64,000 bases of DNA. Origin: Pseudomonadales bacterium (GTDB lineage: Bacteria > Pseudomonadota > Gammaproteobacteria > Pseudomonadales > UBA5518). The position numbers were made by a program, and so were the translations under genes. The stretch is taken from the NCBI GenBank assembly GCA_022072145.1, contig JAJVIG010000012.1:29129-93128 (forward strand), in the 5' to 3' direction. The notes beneath the pieces are model-generated. The model ran no database searches, was not told the DNA's origin, and worked only from the letters and a program-made list of their open reading frames with translations. Positions 51,603 through 60,687 of the stretch are shown here, piece by piece; position 1 is the first letter of the stretch; every line of letters begins with the position of its first letter.

Positions 51603-54247
51603 CAGCGGAATCCCATCGCCTGCATCGTGCTGCACCCGGCCCTGAACTCGAGGAAGCGCGCGTTGACCGCGCGCGGATCGTCCTGCAACGCGAGCGGCAT
51701 CAGGTTGCCGTCTCGCCCCAGTTCGCGCAACCGGCGTGCGATCGCGCCGATGTCGAACGCGAACACCGGGTAGCCGCCCGCGAGCGCGATCGAGAGCGTG
51801 TAGCTGTACGTCTCGGGCCACACCGACGGCAGCCACACCACGTGCGGGCCCAGTGCTCCCAGTCGCTGGCCGGCCTCGGACTCCAGGTAACGGCCGCTGA
51901 CGCCCACCCCCGCGTGCAGCAACGGCATATCGTTCATGCTGTAGCCGAGCAGCGAGAACGCGAGCGGCAGACGACGCTGCGCAGCGTCACGCGCGCAGGC
52001 GAGCAGCACCTCGTAACCCTTGATCCTGCCGATGGCGCCGATCACCGCCACGCGCAGCGGTTCGTCGGCGCGTCCGAACGGGCCGACCACGCGCGGGGGC
52101 GCGACGTCGACCGTCTCGTGCGGTTCGACCGCGAACGCCACACCCGGGAAATACCTGCCCAGCCGCCCGGCGACGTCGGCGTCGGGCACCCATACGGCGT
52201 CGGCCGAGCGCACCAGGCTTTCACGCCCGGCCCGCCATGCGACGATGTCGCGGGCCCCGAAATCGTTGCCGGCGGCGGCCAGGCAGGCGTTGCAGCCGTC
52301 CACCCCCGGCTCGCGGCAATAGCGCCCGCCCGCATCGACCAGATTGATCCGCGGACAGATCAGTTCGTAGTCGTGCACGTCGACTTCCAGCCGCACGCCT
52401 GCGGCGCGTGCGAGCTCGACCAGCCGCGCGGGGGCGTCGGCGGGGAAATCGACGGTGCCGTGGTCGTGGATCACTTCGACGCGCAATTCACCGAGCACGG
52501 CGGCCAGCGCACCGGTATCGCCGAGCGCGAAGTCGTCGAGGTTCGGCAATTGCATTCCGGCCGGCGCCGCCAGACGCACGCGCCCCGGGGTGCCTTCGGC
52601 GGGCCGCAGATAGAAAACGCCGAAGCCTTCGCTGCGCAGGCGCACAGTTTCCTCCAGCACGTGGCGCTCGGCCCCGCCGCCGCGGCTGTGGCAGACGATC
52701 AGCGCGCTACGCTCACCGGCCAGCGCGGCCATGCGCGCGCGGTCGAGCGCTCGCCGCGCCGCGCGCAACGGATCCTCGGCGATGAAGCGCCGCACGCTGC
52801 GCTGGTACTCGGGATGCCGCACGTCCATGACGCGCATCGCCTCGGCGACGCGCCGCGCGCGCTCGCCCTGGAACGACACGCTGCCCAGGTGCTGCACGAA
52901 GACGTCGGTGGCGATCACGTTGCGCCAGCCGGCCGCGAGCGCCCGCTGGCACAGGTCGTTCTCCTCGCCGTAGCCACGCCCGAACGCCTCTTCGTCGAAC
53001 AGCCCCGTCACGGCCAGGCAGTCACGCCGCAGGTACATGCAGAAACCCACCCCGGTCGGCGCCTCGACCTCGACGCCGGCGTTCACCCCGGCCGCGAGGC
53101 GGTCGAGCACGTCGTAGCCGATCTCGAGCGGATACGGATTGTCATGCAGGGTGTGCGGGTAGCTGGCGATGGTGGCGTTGTTCGACAGCGGCGTGACGGT
53201 GCCCGTGCGCGGATGACGCAGCGCGCACGCGCGCAGGCGGTCGAGCCAGTCGCCGAACACCTCGGTGTCGGCGTTGAGCAACACCACGTCCCGCTCCGGA
53301 TGCAGTTGCATGCCGCGGTTCGCCGAGCGCACGAAACCCCGGTTGGCGTCGTTGCGCAGCAGCGTGAACAGCCCGCGCTGCGCGTGACGCGCGAGCGCGG
53401 CGCCCAGTTCGGCGTCGGGACTCGCGTCGTCGATCACCACCAGCTCGAAACGCGTGGCCACCGGCGCGAGCAGCACGCTGCGCAGACAGCGCAGCGTTTC
53501 GTTGCAGCCGGCGTAGACCGGCACCACGATGTCGACGCAGGGGCCGTCCCCGGGACGCATCAACGGGATGTCGCTCCAGTCCTGCGGCGGCGCCGGACGC
53601 GGCACCGGCAACGGCGCCGGCCCCTCGGCGGGCTGGCCGGGCGTGGCGAGCACGGCGCGCCCCTCGAGGCGGCCGAACTCGAGGTAATGCAGCAGCGGGT
53701 CGACACCGGCGAGCGCCACGTCCGGGTTGCTGCGCAGGTAGAAGTCCGCGTCGAACTGCCGGCACGGCGAACGTCCGGCCGCGCCGCCCTCGCGCACGTA
53801 GTGGCGCAGCGGCTCCTCCCCCGAGCGCGCGACGTCACGGTTCTGGCGCAGGTAGAAATCGACGTCGAACCAGGCGCTCGGCGAGACTCGCCGGAAACGT
53901 CCCGCGTGCACGTAGTGCAACAGCGCGTTGACGCGCCGCGCAGGACGGCCGGCGTGTGCGCGATAGAACTGCGGATCGAACAAGGGCATCGGCTGACGGC
54001 CCTCGCGGTCGCCGTAGCAGACGTAATGCAGCAGCGCGTCGATGCCCGAGTGGGCCACGTCGGGGTTGCTGCGCAGGTACCAGCCGGCGTCGAACAGCCC
54101 GGTGGCGCGCACCAGCGCGCACAGGTGTCGCCGATGCAGGCGGCGCATTCCGGGGACACCCGCCAATCGCGTCTCGGCCGCCAGCAGCCAGACGCGCAGC
54201 CAGCCGGCGACGATACGCGCGTGCCTCGCGAACGCGCGCGCCATCAC
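51602..54247 (-). CDS. multidomain glycosyltransferase: four tandem repeats of about 37 aa, then GT2, then a GT4-like domain
   Basis: 881 aa with a GTG start (ATG 3 nt later). Repeats FD..FYLR.N.DVA..G..PL.HY...G..EGR.P at aa 52-197. GT2 core VDIVVPVYAGCNETLRCL...LVVIDDASPD...NRGFVRSAN...VLLNADT. C-terminal GT-B-like domain (ALIVCHSRGGGAERHV...). Confidence 0.8.
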   Translation of the reverse strand: MMARAFARHARIVAGWLRVWLLAAETRLAGVPGMRRLHRRHLCALVRATGLFDAGWYLRSNPDVAHSGIDALLHYVCYGDREGRQPMPLFDPQFYRAHAGRPARRVNALLHYVHAGRFRRVSPSAWFDVDFYLRQNRDVARSGEEPLRHYVREGGAAGRSPCRQFDADFYLRSNPDVALAGVDPLLHYLEFGRLEGRAVLATPGQPAEGPAPLPVPRPAPPQDWSDIPLMRPGDGPCVDIVVPVYAGCNETLRCLRSVLLAPVATRFELVVIDDASPDAELGAALARHAQRGLFTLLRNDANRGFVRSANRGMQLHPERDVVLLNADTEVFGDWLDRLRACALRHPRTGTVTPLSNNATIASYPHTLHDNPYPLEIGYDVLDRLAAGVNAGVEVEAPTGVGFCMYLRRDCLAVTGLFDEEAFGRGYGEENDLCQRALAAGWRNVIATDVFVQHLGSVSFQGERARRVAEAMRVMDVRHPEYQRSVRRFIAEDPLRAARRALDRARMAALAGERSALIVCHSRGGGAERHVLEETVRLRSEGFGVFYLRPAEGTPGRVRLAAPAGMQLPNLDDFALGDTGALAAVLGELRVEVIHDHGTVDFPADAPARLVELARAAGVRLEVDVHDYELICPRINLVDAGGRYCREPGVDGCNACLAAAGNDFGARDIVAWRAGRESLVRSADAVWVPDADVAGRLGRYFPGVAFAVEPHETVDVAPPRVVGPFGRADEPLRVAVIGAIGRIKGYEVLLACARDAAQRRLPLAFSLLGYSMNDMPLLHAGVGVSGRYLESEAGQRLGALGPHVVWLPSVWPETYSYTLSIALAGGYPVFAFDIGAIARRLRELGRDGNLMPLALQDDPRAVNARFLEFRAGCSTMQAMGFR

Positions 54248-55971
54248 ATGCTCACCACCACGCGCGCGCTGACCGCCACCTGGTAGAGGATCTGGGTCAT
54301 GTCCTTCCAGATCTGGCGCGACTTCACGTCGATCTTCGGCAGGACCAGAATCTCGTCCCCCGGCACCACGGTGAGGGTCTTCTCGCGGCCGAACAGCGAG
54401 CCGCGGCCCTTGAGCTCGTCGAAACTTCCGTCGCGGTGCGCAATCACGATCCGCGCCACGTCGGCGTTCTGCGTGTAGCCGCCGGCGCGCTGCACGTAGT
54501 CCCCGAGCGCGAGCGACGCATCGTGCGCGATCGCGTTCGGGAACAGCACCTCGCCGCTCACCAGCACCAGTCCGTCGCGGGTCGGCACCCGCAGCACGTC
54601 GCCGTTCTCGAGCAGCAGCGAATCACGCTGCTCGGCGGTGGCGATCAGCACCTGGCCGAGCGGCATCACGTCGCGCGCGCGATCGACCCACGCCAGCAGC
54701 AGTTCGGCCTCCTCCTTGCGCAAGCGCGCCTCGTCGCTGGTTCCCGAACGCGCGGTCAGCGCCGCCGCCTCCAGGCTCTTCAGCGCGGTGTCCAGCATCT
54801 GCTTCTGGCGCAGCCGCACGCTGTCGCGGAACAGCTGCAAGCTGCCGGAATCGGAACGCTCGGAGAACTCGATCCGCGGCAGCAACTCGCCGAGGCGCGT
54901 GCCGTACGGCAACACGTACTCCTGCGCGCTCTGGTGTTCGCCCTCGACGCGCACGGTGATCGTGCCCGGCTTCTTGTCGGCCGTGAACACCAGCTCGTCG
55001 CCGCTGCTCAGCGAGATGCCGGCGGCCTCTGCGAGTGCGTAGTACTCGACGTTGCGGATGCTGCCGCTGTTGCGCACCACGCGCACGTGTGTGGCCTGCG
55101 CCTTCGGCTTCGCCAGCCGTGCCAGTTCCTCGACCGTGAACGCGCCTTCACGGAACTCGAAGCGCTTGGCGTTCTGCACGAGGCCGTCGACGAGCACCGT
55201 GGCGTGGCGCGGCGGCACGAAGATCACGTCGCCGTCGGCGAGCTGCACCAGCGGCATGCGGCCCTCGAGCAGGAAATCGTACAGATCGACCTCCGCGCGC
55301 ACGGTCTCGCCGCGCTTGACCTGCACCGCGAGGAAGGTGCCACGCTCGGCATCGATGCCGCCCGCCTGGTCGAGGTAGTGCAGCAGGCTGTCCATGCTGG
55401 TGCCGTTGTAGAGGCCCGGCCGGTTCACGTTGCCGCCTACGAACACGCGCACCGGCTGCGCCGCCGCGAGCGTCGCGTAGCTGTACACGTTGGCGCGGAA
55501 CACGCGCGCCACCGCGGACTCGACCACGCGCTGCAGATCCTCGTTGCGCACGCCGAGCACCTGGACGGGACCGACGTGCGGCAGGAACAGGTTGCCCTTC
55601 GGATCGACCTCGAGCAGCGCGTCGTAGTCGAAGCCGCCCCAGAAGCGCACCTGGATGCGGTCCCCGACCGCGACCGCGTAATCCGGGTTGAAGCGCGTCG
55701 CCCCGGCGCGCGCGAAGCTGCCGGTGAACAGTTGCGCGCCGAAGACGTTGCTGCGCAGGTTCACCGAGTAGTCGAACGGCGGTGCCTGCCCGGCGGCCGG
55801 CTCGACGGCTTCCGGCGCCACGGGCGGCGCTGCCGGCGGCGGCTCCTTGCGGGGAGCATCGGTCGCAGCCGGTGCCCCCAGCGTCACGCCCAGGCCGGTG
55901 AACGGACTCTCCTGCGCGTGCACCGGTGCCAACGACAGCATCAAGAGCAGCAAGACGATCAGACGTGGCAT
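54244..55971 (-). CDS. kpsD: capsule export periplasmic/outer-membrane protein KpsD (Wza/Poly_export plus SLBB)
   Basis: 575 aa from MPRLIVLLLLMLSLAPVHA (signal peptide). Poly_export motif GDRIQVRFWGG...VDPKGNLFLPHVGPVQVLG and repeated SLBB-like segments. Confidence 0.88.
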   Translation of the reverse strand: MPRLIVLLLLMLSLAPVHAQESPFTGLGVTLGAPAATDAPRKEPPPAAPPVAPEAVEPAAGQAPPFDYSVNLRSNVFGAQLFTGSFARAGATRFNPDYAVAVGDRIQVRFWGGFDYDALLEVDPKGNLFLPHVGPVQVLGVRNEDLQRVVESAVARVFRANVYSYATLAAAQPVRVFVGGNVNRPGLYNGTSMDSLLHYLDQAGGIDAERGTFLAVQVKRGETVRAEVDLYDFLLEGRMPLVQLADGDVIFVPPRHATVLVDGLVQNAKRFEFREGAFTVEELARLAKPKAQATHVRVVRNSGSIRNVEYYALAEAAGISLSSGDELVFTADKKPGTITVRVEGEHQSAQEYVLPYGTRLGELLPRIEFSERSDSGSLQLFRDSVRLRQKQMLDTALKSLEAAALTARSGTSDEARLRKEEAELLLAWVDRARDVMPLGQVLIATAEQRDSLLLENGDVLRVPTRDGLVLVSGEVLFPNAIAHDASLALGDYVQRAGGYTQNADVARIVIAHRDGSFDELKGRGSLFGREKTLTVVPGDEILVLPKIDVKSRQIWKDMTQILYQVAVSARVVVSM

Positions 55972-55975
55972 GTAA

Positions 55976-57145
55976 TCAGTCCCTGTGATCGCGGATGATG
56001 ACGGCAACGAGGTTCAGCACGCCGGCGACGACCAGGCTCACCAGCAGGAACACGATGCTGTTGTAGATCCGCCGTGGCTGCAGGGGATACTGCGGCTTGC
56101 TGGGCGACTGCAGCACCGAGACCTTCTTCAGCGTGCGGGTGGCCTCGATACGCCCCTTCTCGAGGGCGACCAGCGCCGTCCGGTAGACATCCTGCGCGAA
56201 GTTCGCCTGCATCTCGAGGCGCTGGAATTCCTCGACCGAACGGTTCAACGCATCGCCCTCGGGCGCCGCGATGCGGCGCTGCTCGCGCGCGATCTGCTGG
56301 CGCGTGGCCGCGATCTGCAGGTCGATCTCGACCACGCCGGGGCTGTCGGGCATCAGGTAGCCGAGCAGCGCGGAGCGTTGGGTCTGCAACTCGGTCAGCC
56401 GGGCCTCGAGCTTGCCGATGATTCCCTCCAGCGCCTGCGCCGCACCCTGCGGCGAAGCCAGGCCCTTCTCGTTCTGGTATGCGATGACCGCCTGGCGCGC
56501 CGCCATCGCGCGTTCGTTCATCTGCTCGACCTGCCGTTCGAGGAACTCGACCTGGCCACGTGCGAGTTCGTGCGCCATCGCGTTCATGTGCCGTTCGCCC
56601 TCGGCGACCAGCATGGCGACGATCGCGTGCGCGGTATCGGGGTCGTAGGCCTGGGCCTTGACCACCAGCACGCCGGTGTATTCGTCGAACTCGACCGTCA
56701 CCCGCTTCAGCCAGTGCGCATGGAACTTCTCGAGCGGGGTCCCGGCCGACCACATCCGCGAGAGCGGATCACGCTTCCAGTCGCTGTAGTGCGCGCGCAG
56801 GTCGAGCTTCGCATCGACGGCGAGCAGCATGTCGATCGACAGCAGGTGGTCGCGCAGCAGCAACTGGTCCGACGTGATGCCGCCGACGTTGCCCAGCAGG
56901 CCGGTGAAATCCACCGTCTGGCCACCGCTCATGTCGGTGCGCTGGATGATCACGTGCGCCTCCGACACGTAGCGGTCGGAGGCGATCACCAGCCAGTACA
57001 CCGCGGCGGCCAGCGACAGCACCAGCGCGGTGGAAAAGATGCGCCGCTGCAGGCGCGCCGGCGCGAACCACCCGCGTGCGCGCTGCGCCAGTCCGGCGGC
57101 TGCCCGCGGCAGCCGTGTGTTCTGCAAGTTCGTGCGCACGTTCAT
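55976..57145 (-). CDS. kpsE: capsule export inner-membrane adaptor KpsE (PCP-3)
   Basis: 389 aa. N-terminal TM helix, SDRYVSEAHVIIQ motif, long coiled-coil periplasmic region, C-terminal TM helix. ATGA overlap with kpsT. Confidence 0.85.
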   Translation of the reverse strand: MNVRTNLQNTRLPRAAAGLAQRARGWFAPARLQRRIFSTALVLSLAAAVYWLVIASDRYVSEAHVIIQRTDMSGGQTVDFTGLLGNVGGITSDQLLLRDHLLSIDMLLAVDAKLDLRAHYSDWKRDPLSRMWSAGTPLEKFHAHWLKRVTVEFDEYTGVLVVKAQAYDPDTAHAIVAMLVAEGERHMNAMAHELARGQVEFLERQVEQMNERAMAARQAVIAYQNEKGLASPQGAAQALEGIIGKLEARLTELQTQRSALLGYLMPDSPGVVEIDLQIAATRQQIAREQRRIAAPEGDALNRSVEEFQRLEMQANFAQDVYRTALVALEKGRIEATRTLKKVSVLQSPSKPQYPLQPRRIYNSIVFLLVSLVVAGVLNLVAVIIRDHRD

Positions 57146-57807
57146 GCCTGCAAGCTTTCCTTGTATGCCGCGAGGGCGTCCTCGATGTCGTCGAACCACT
57201 GCGCGCGGCCTTCGTGCAGCAGGATGCCGGCCGTGCAGAACTGCTTGAGTGTCTCCTCGCCGTGCGACACCATGATCAGCCCGGCCCGGTCGATCAGGCG
57301 CCGGAACGCCTTCTGCGCCTTGTTGCGGAACGCCGCGTCACCGGCCGCCGTCACCTCGTCGGAAATATACACGTCGAAATCGAACGCGAGCGACAGCGCG
57401 AACTGCAGCCGCGACTTCATGCCGGCCGAGTAGGTCTTCACCGGCTCGTCGAACATCCGCCCGAGCGCCGCGAACTCGCGGATCTCCTCGATGCGATCGG
57501 CCATGTCGTTCTCGTGGCCGTGGATGCGGCACACGAACCTGGCGTTCTGGCGTCCGGTCAGGGTGTTCTGCAGCCCGCCGCCGCGCCCCATCGGCCACGA
57601 CACCCGGCAAAGGCGCTCGATGTGGCCGCGGGTCGGCTGGTCGATGCCGCCGATCAGGTGCAGCAACGTCGACTTGCCGGCGCCGTTGCGCCCGATCAGC
57701 CCCACGTTGGTACGTGGCGGAATGACCAGATCGATTCCCTTCAGGACCCACGGACCGGGACCGTGGTCGGTCTGGTAGCGCTTGTACACGTCACGCACCA
57801 CGATCAT
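57142..57807 (-). CDS. kpsT: capsule export ABC transporter ATP-binding protein
   Basis: 221 aa. Walker A GRNGAGKST, signature YSAGMKSRL, Walker B FDVYISDE. ATGA overlap with kpsM. Confidence 0.93.
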   Translation of the reverse strand: MIVVRDVYKRYQTDHGPGPWVLKGIDLVIPPRTNVGLIGRNGAGKSTLLHLIGGIDQPTRGHIERLCRVSWPMGRGGGLQNTLTGRQNARFVCRIHGHENDMADRIEEIREFAALGRMFDEPVKTYSAGMKSRLQFALSLAFDFDVYISDEVTAAGDAAFRNKAQKAFRRLIDRAGLIMVSHGEETLKQFCTAGILLHEGRAQWFDDIEDALAAYKESLQA

Positions 57808-58595
57808 TGCATGACCATCCGGCGCGCGAGCGCCACCTGCAGCATCAGCCCCAGCAGCACCAGCACCATCGCCCATTCGTAGAGGTACCCGAGGTCGAGC
57901 CCGGGAATCTCGTGGTAATACGGCGCGAAACCGAGCCGCACGGCGTCCAGACCGTGGACCAGCGGGTTCAGCGCGAGCCAGTCCCGGTACGGCTGCGGGA
58001 CCATGGCGATCGGGAACACCACCCCGGAGAGCATGTAGAGCGGGCGCATCAGCATCAGCAGCAAGCGCCCGCCTTCCGGTGACAGCTCGGCGACCACCGA
58101 GGAGCACAGCCCCAGCCCCAGCCCGAGCAGCCACATCCCCGCCAGCGCTCCGAGCACCAGCAGCGGATCGGCCGGCACCACGCGCAGCCCGAACAGCGCA
58201 CCGCCGGCCAGCATCAGCATCGTCACCACGACCATCACCGCGCCCTCGAGCCCCGCCCGCACCAGCACCGTATCGACCGGCAGCACCTGGCGGTAGACGA
58301 ACAGCGCCTGGTTCGAGCCGACCGCGTTCATCGCCTGCCGGCTCGCGCGCTGGAACATGAAATAGGCCAGCAAACCGACCATCAGCCACAAAGGCGTGGC
58401 GATGCCGCCGACGTGCCGCACCCGGATCACGGCGAAAATCACCATCAGGTAGGCGACGTGGAACACCGGTTCGAGCAGCAGCCAGAACCACGCGGCGCGG
58501 CGACCGAACAGCCGCGACAGCGCCTCGCGCAGCAGCAGGGCCTTCCATACGGCAAGCGTTATCGTCAGCGGACTGCGCGAAAGTGGCGCTGGCAT
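57804..58595 (-). CDS. kpsM: capsule export ABC-2 permease
   Basis: 263 aa from MPAPLSRS. Six predicted TM segments and the ABC-2 layout (AVWKALLLREALSRLFG...). Confidence 0.9.
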   Translation of the reverse strand: MPAPLSRSPLTITLAVWKALLLREALSRLFGRRAAWFWLLLEPVFHVAYLMVIFAVIRVRHVGGIATPLWLMVGLLAYFMFQRASRQAMNAVGSNQALFVYRQVLPVDTVLVRAGLEGAVMVVVTMLMLAGGALFGLRVVPADPLLVLGALAGMWLLGLGLGLCSSVVAELSPEGGRLLLMLMRPLYMLSGVVFPIAMVPQPYRDWLALNPLVHGLDAVRLGFAPYYHEIPGLDLGYLYEWAMVLVLLGLMLQVALARRMVMQ

Positions 58596-58748
58596 GGGGA
58601 AATTCGGGTCTTCCGCAACGGAGGCGATCCTTCGCCGGATTGTCGAACCGGCCGGGCGACCGGAACGCGCACCGACACCCGGTCGCAGGAGCACTGGCGC
58701 GACATCATAACCGCTGCCGGTGCGCAGTGGAACGCAGGCGCGGCGTGC

Positions 58749-59747
58749 CTAGCCGCCGCCCTCGCCCTGCCCAAGACGGAAATACAGTTCGCGCAGCGCC
58801 GCCACCGCCTCGCGCCGCAGTACCCAGTTCGCCGACAGTCTCCGGTACGGCTGCGACTCGCTGTCCGGGGGCGACAACCGGCCGACGACCGACTGCCCGT
58901 ACCTGCGTTCGAAACGCTCCTGCAGCGAGGCGACGATGCCGGAACCCAGCACCTCGGCATCGACGAGGTCGCGGGTCACGCAGCGGCGCAGCAGTTCCAG
59001 CGACTCGGCGTACCCGGCGGCGGCTGCAGGCGCGAAACCGCCGCCGAACAATCGCCCCGGTCGCCTGCCCGTGTCCGCGACGTACATCGCGTTCAGCGCA
59101 CGGTGGATCTCGGTGTCGACGATCGGGCGCGAGGCGTTGACCTTCTCCGGCACGGTCCGGATCCGCTCGGCCGCCGAGGATGAGGCGACGCGCAGCACCG
59201 CGCGTGCCAGGTCGCCGCCGGCGACCTCGGAGGCGTAGTCGAGAATGCACACCTCGGCCGACAGCGTCTCGCGGTAGCGATCGAGCAGGCGGCAGGGATT
59301 GAGGATCTCGCTGCGCTGCGGCCGCGCGAAGTGGGCGAGGAAGTGGTCGCTCCAGGTGGTCGGGTCGCCGTGCTTGACGTTTTCCTGCCAGTTGGACAAC
59401 AGCAGGCGCTCCGCGCCGCGGTGCACGTAGACCAGCGTCACCGGCCGGCCGCGCAGTTGCCCGGCCAGCGCCGCCACCTCCGCATCGCCGAGGCGGTCGA
59501 AGTTCTCCGATGACAGCAGCACGCAGTCGCGACCGGCTGACTCCTCGAGGATGCGCCCGAGCGAGGCCGAGACGCCGTGGCGCAGCAGTTCCGCCGGCAC
59601 GCCGTGGTGTCCCCACTGCACGGTCACGCCGGTCTGCGGGTAGTGGACGCCGGCCTGCATCAGCATCCCGCGATTTTCGGCCAGTTGCTTCTGCACATAG
59701 CTGGTGCCGGTCTTGTGCGGTCCGATGTGCAGCACGAAACGGGTCAT
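58749..59747 (-). CDS. sulfotransferase-like P-loop protein
   Basis: 332 aa from MTRFVLHIGPHKTGTSYVQ. LLSSENF and LVYVHRGAERLLLS motifs. Paralogous pattern to 42689-44952. Confidence 0.55.
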   Translation of the reverse strand: MTRFVLHIGPHKTGTSYVQKQLAENRGMLMQAGVHYPQTGVTVQWGHHGVPAELLRHGVSASLGRILEESAGRDCVLLSSENFDRLGDAEVAALAGQLRGRPVTLVYVHRGAERLLLSNWQENVKHGDPTTWSDHFLAHFARPQRSEILNPCRLLDRYRETLSAEVCILDYASEVAGGDLARAVLRVASSSAAERIRTVPEKVNASRPIVDTEIHRALNAMYVADTGRRPGRLFGGGFAPAAAAGYAESLELLRRCVTRDLVDAEVLGSGIVASLQERFERRYGQSVVGRLSPPDSESQPYRRLSANWVLRREAVAALRELYFRLGQGEGGG

Positions 59748-59758
59748 GCGCGCGGCGC

Positions 59759-60457
59759 TCACTCGGAACCGGGAACGGCCTGCGGGTAGCCGAACATCTC
59801 GAAATCGACGCGATAGCGTTCGATGATCTTCGCGATCACGCGCGCATCGGCGGTCACGTCGGCGGGGTCGCCGGCGGCGACGCTGCGGTTGGTGTGCGGC
59901 ACGACGACGTCCGCGATCGCCTGGCGCGGGGCATCGACGATCTCGAGGATCCGGCGCAGGTCCTCGCCGATCGTCTCGAGCCGGCCAATGTAGACCGTCA
60001 GCGGACGGTTGCCCTGCGGGGAGCGCAGCCAGTAGGCCTGCGGCCGGAAGATCTGGTCCGGCCCGTGCCCCTGGTCCCAGATGTCGGACAGCACATATTC
60101 GTCGAAACTCGCGAACGCGCGCATGCGTTCGAAGAAATCGTTGTTCGGCCCCTCCCACTTGCGCAGGAAATGGAACGTCGACAGCGCACGCGTGAACGGG
60201 TTGCGCACGAAGCCAAAGGTGAAGTAGCGGCTCCAGGTGACGGCCCCGACGAGGTTGCGGATCTCCGTGGCCGTCGAGTGCTTGGCCAGCCCGAAGCGGT
60301 CGCGGTAGGCGCTCTGGATCTTCTCGCCGAAGACGGTCGCGCCGATCTCCTGGTCGCAGTAGTTGGTCAGCGCACTGAGCGCCGAGGTCACCGAGGTGCC
60401 GCCGGCCTTCGGCACGTGCACGAAGATGAAGCGGTAGGTGTTGTTGATGATCGTCAT
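59759..60457 (-). CDS. Sulfotransfer_2-like sulfotransferase
   Basis: 232 aa. FIFVHVPKAGGTSVTSAL (5'-PSB) and FGFVRNPFTRALSTFHF (3'-PB), as in the carbohydrate sulfotransferase family 2. Confidence 0.75.
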   Translation of the reverse strand: MTIINNTYRFIFVHVPKAGGTSVTSALSALTNYCDQEIGATVFGEKIQSAYRDRFGLAKHSTATEIRNLVGAVTWSRYFTFGFVRNPFTRALSTFHFLRKWEGPNNDFFERMRAFASFDEYVLSDIWDQGHGPDQIFRPQAYWLRSPQGNRPLTVYIGRLETIGEDLRRILEIVDAPRQAIADVVVPHTNRSVAAGDPADVTADARVIAKIIERYRVDFEMFGYPQAVPGSE

Positions 60458-60642
60458 GCCGCGGGGATCTTGCGCAGCGCGTCCAGCAGCGATTTCACCG
60501 CCGCGAGTGGCAACTGCATTTCATGACTGTTGACCGGCTTGCCGTCGACGCCGAGCCGCATGAACTGCACTCTTGCCACCCCGTTGTGGATCGCGATCGC
60601 GCTGACCCCGTCGACGAGAAACGTGGGCTGATCAACCTGCAT
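60454..60642 (-). CDS. small hypothetical protein (62 aa), translationally coupled to the sulfotransferase
   Basis: GAGG lies 10 nt upstream of the ATG. ATGA overlap with the downstream gene start. G/C third-position bias acceptable. No family recognised. Confidence 0.45.
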   Translation of the reverse strand: MQVDQPTFLVDGVSAIAIHNGVARVQFMRLGVDGKPVNSHEMQLPLAAVKSLLDALRKIPAA

Positions 60643-60687
60643 GGACGATTACCTCGCTTGTCCTGTGAGCCGGTTGCCGGGTGCCGC

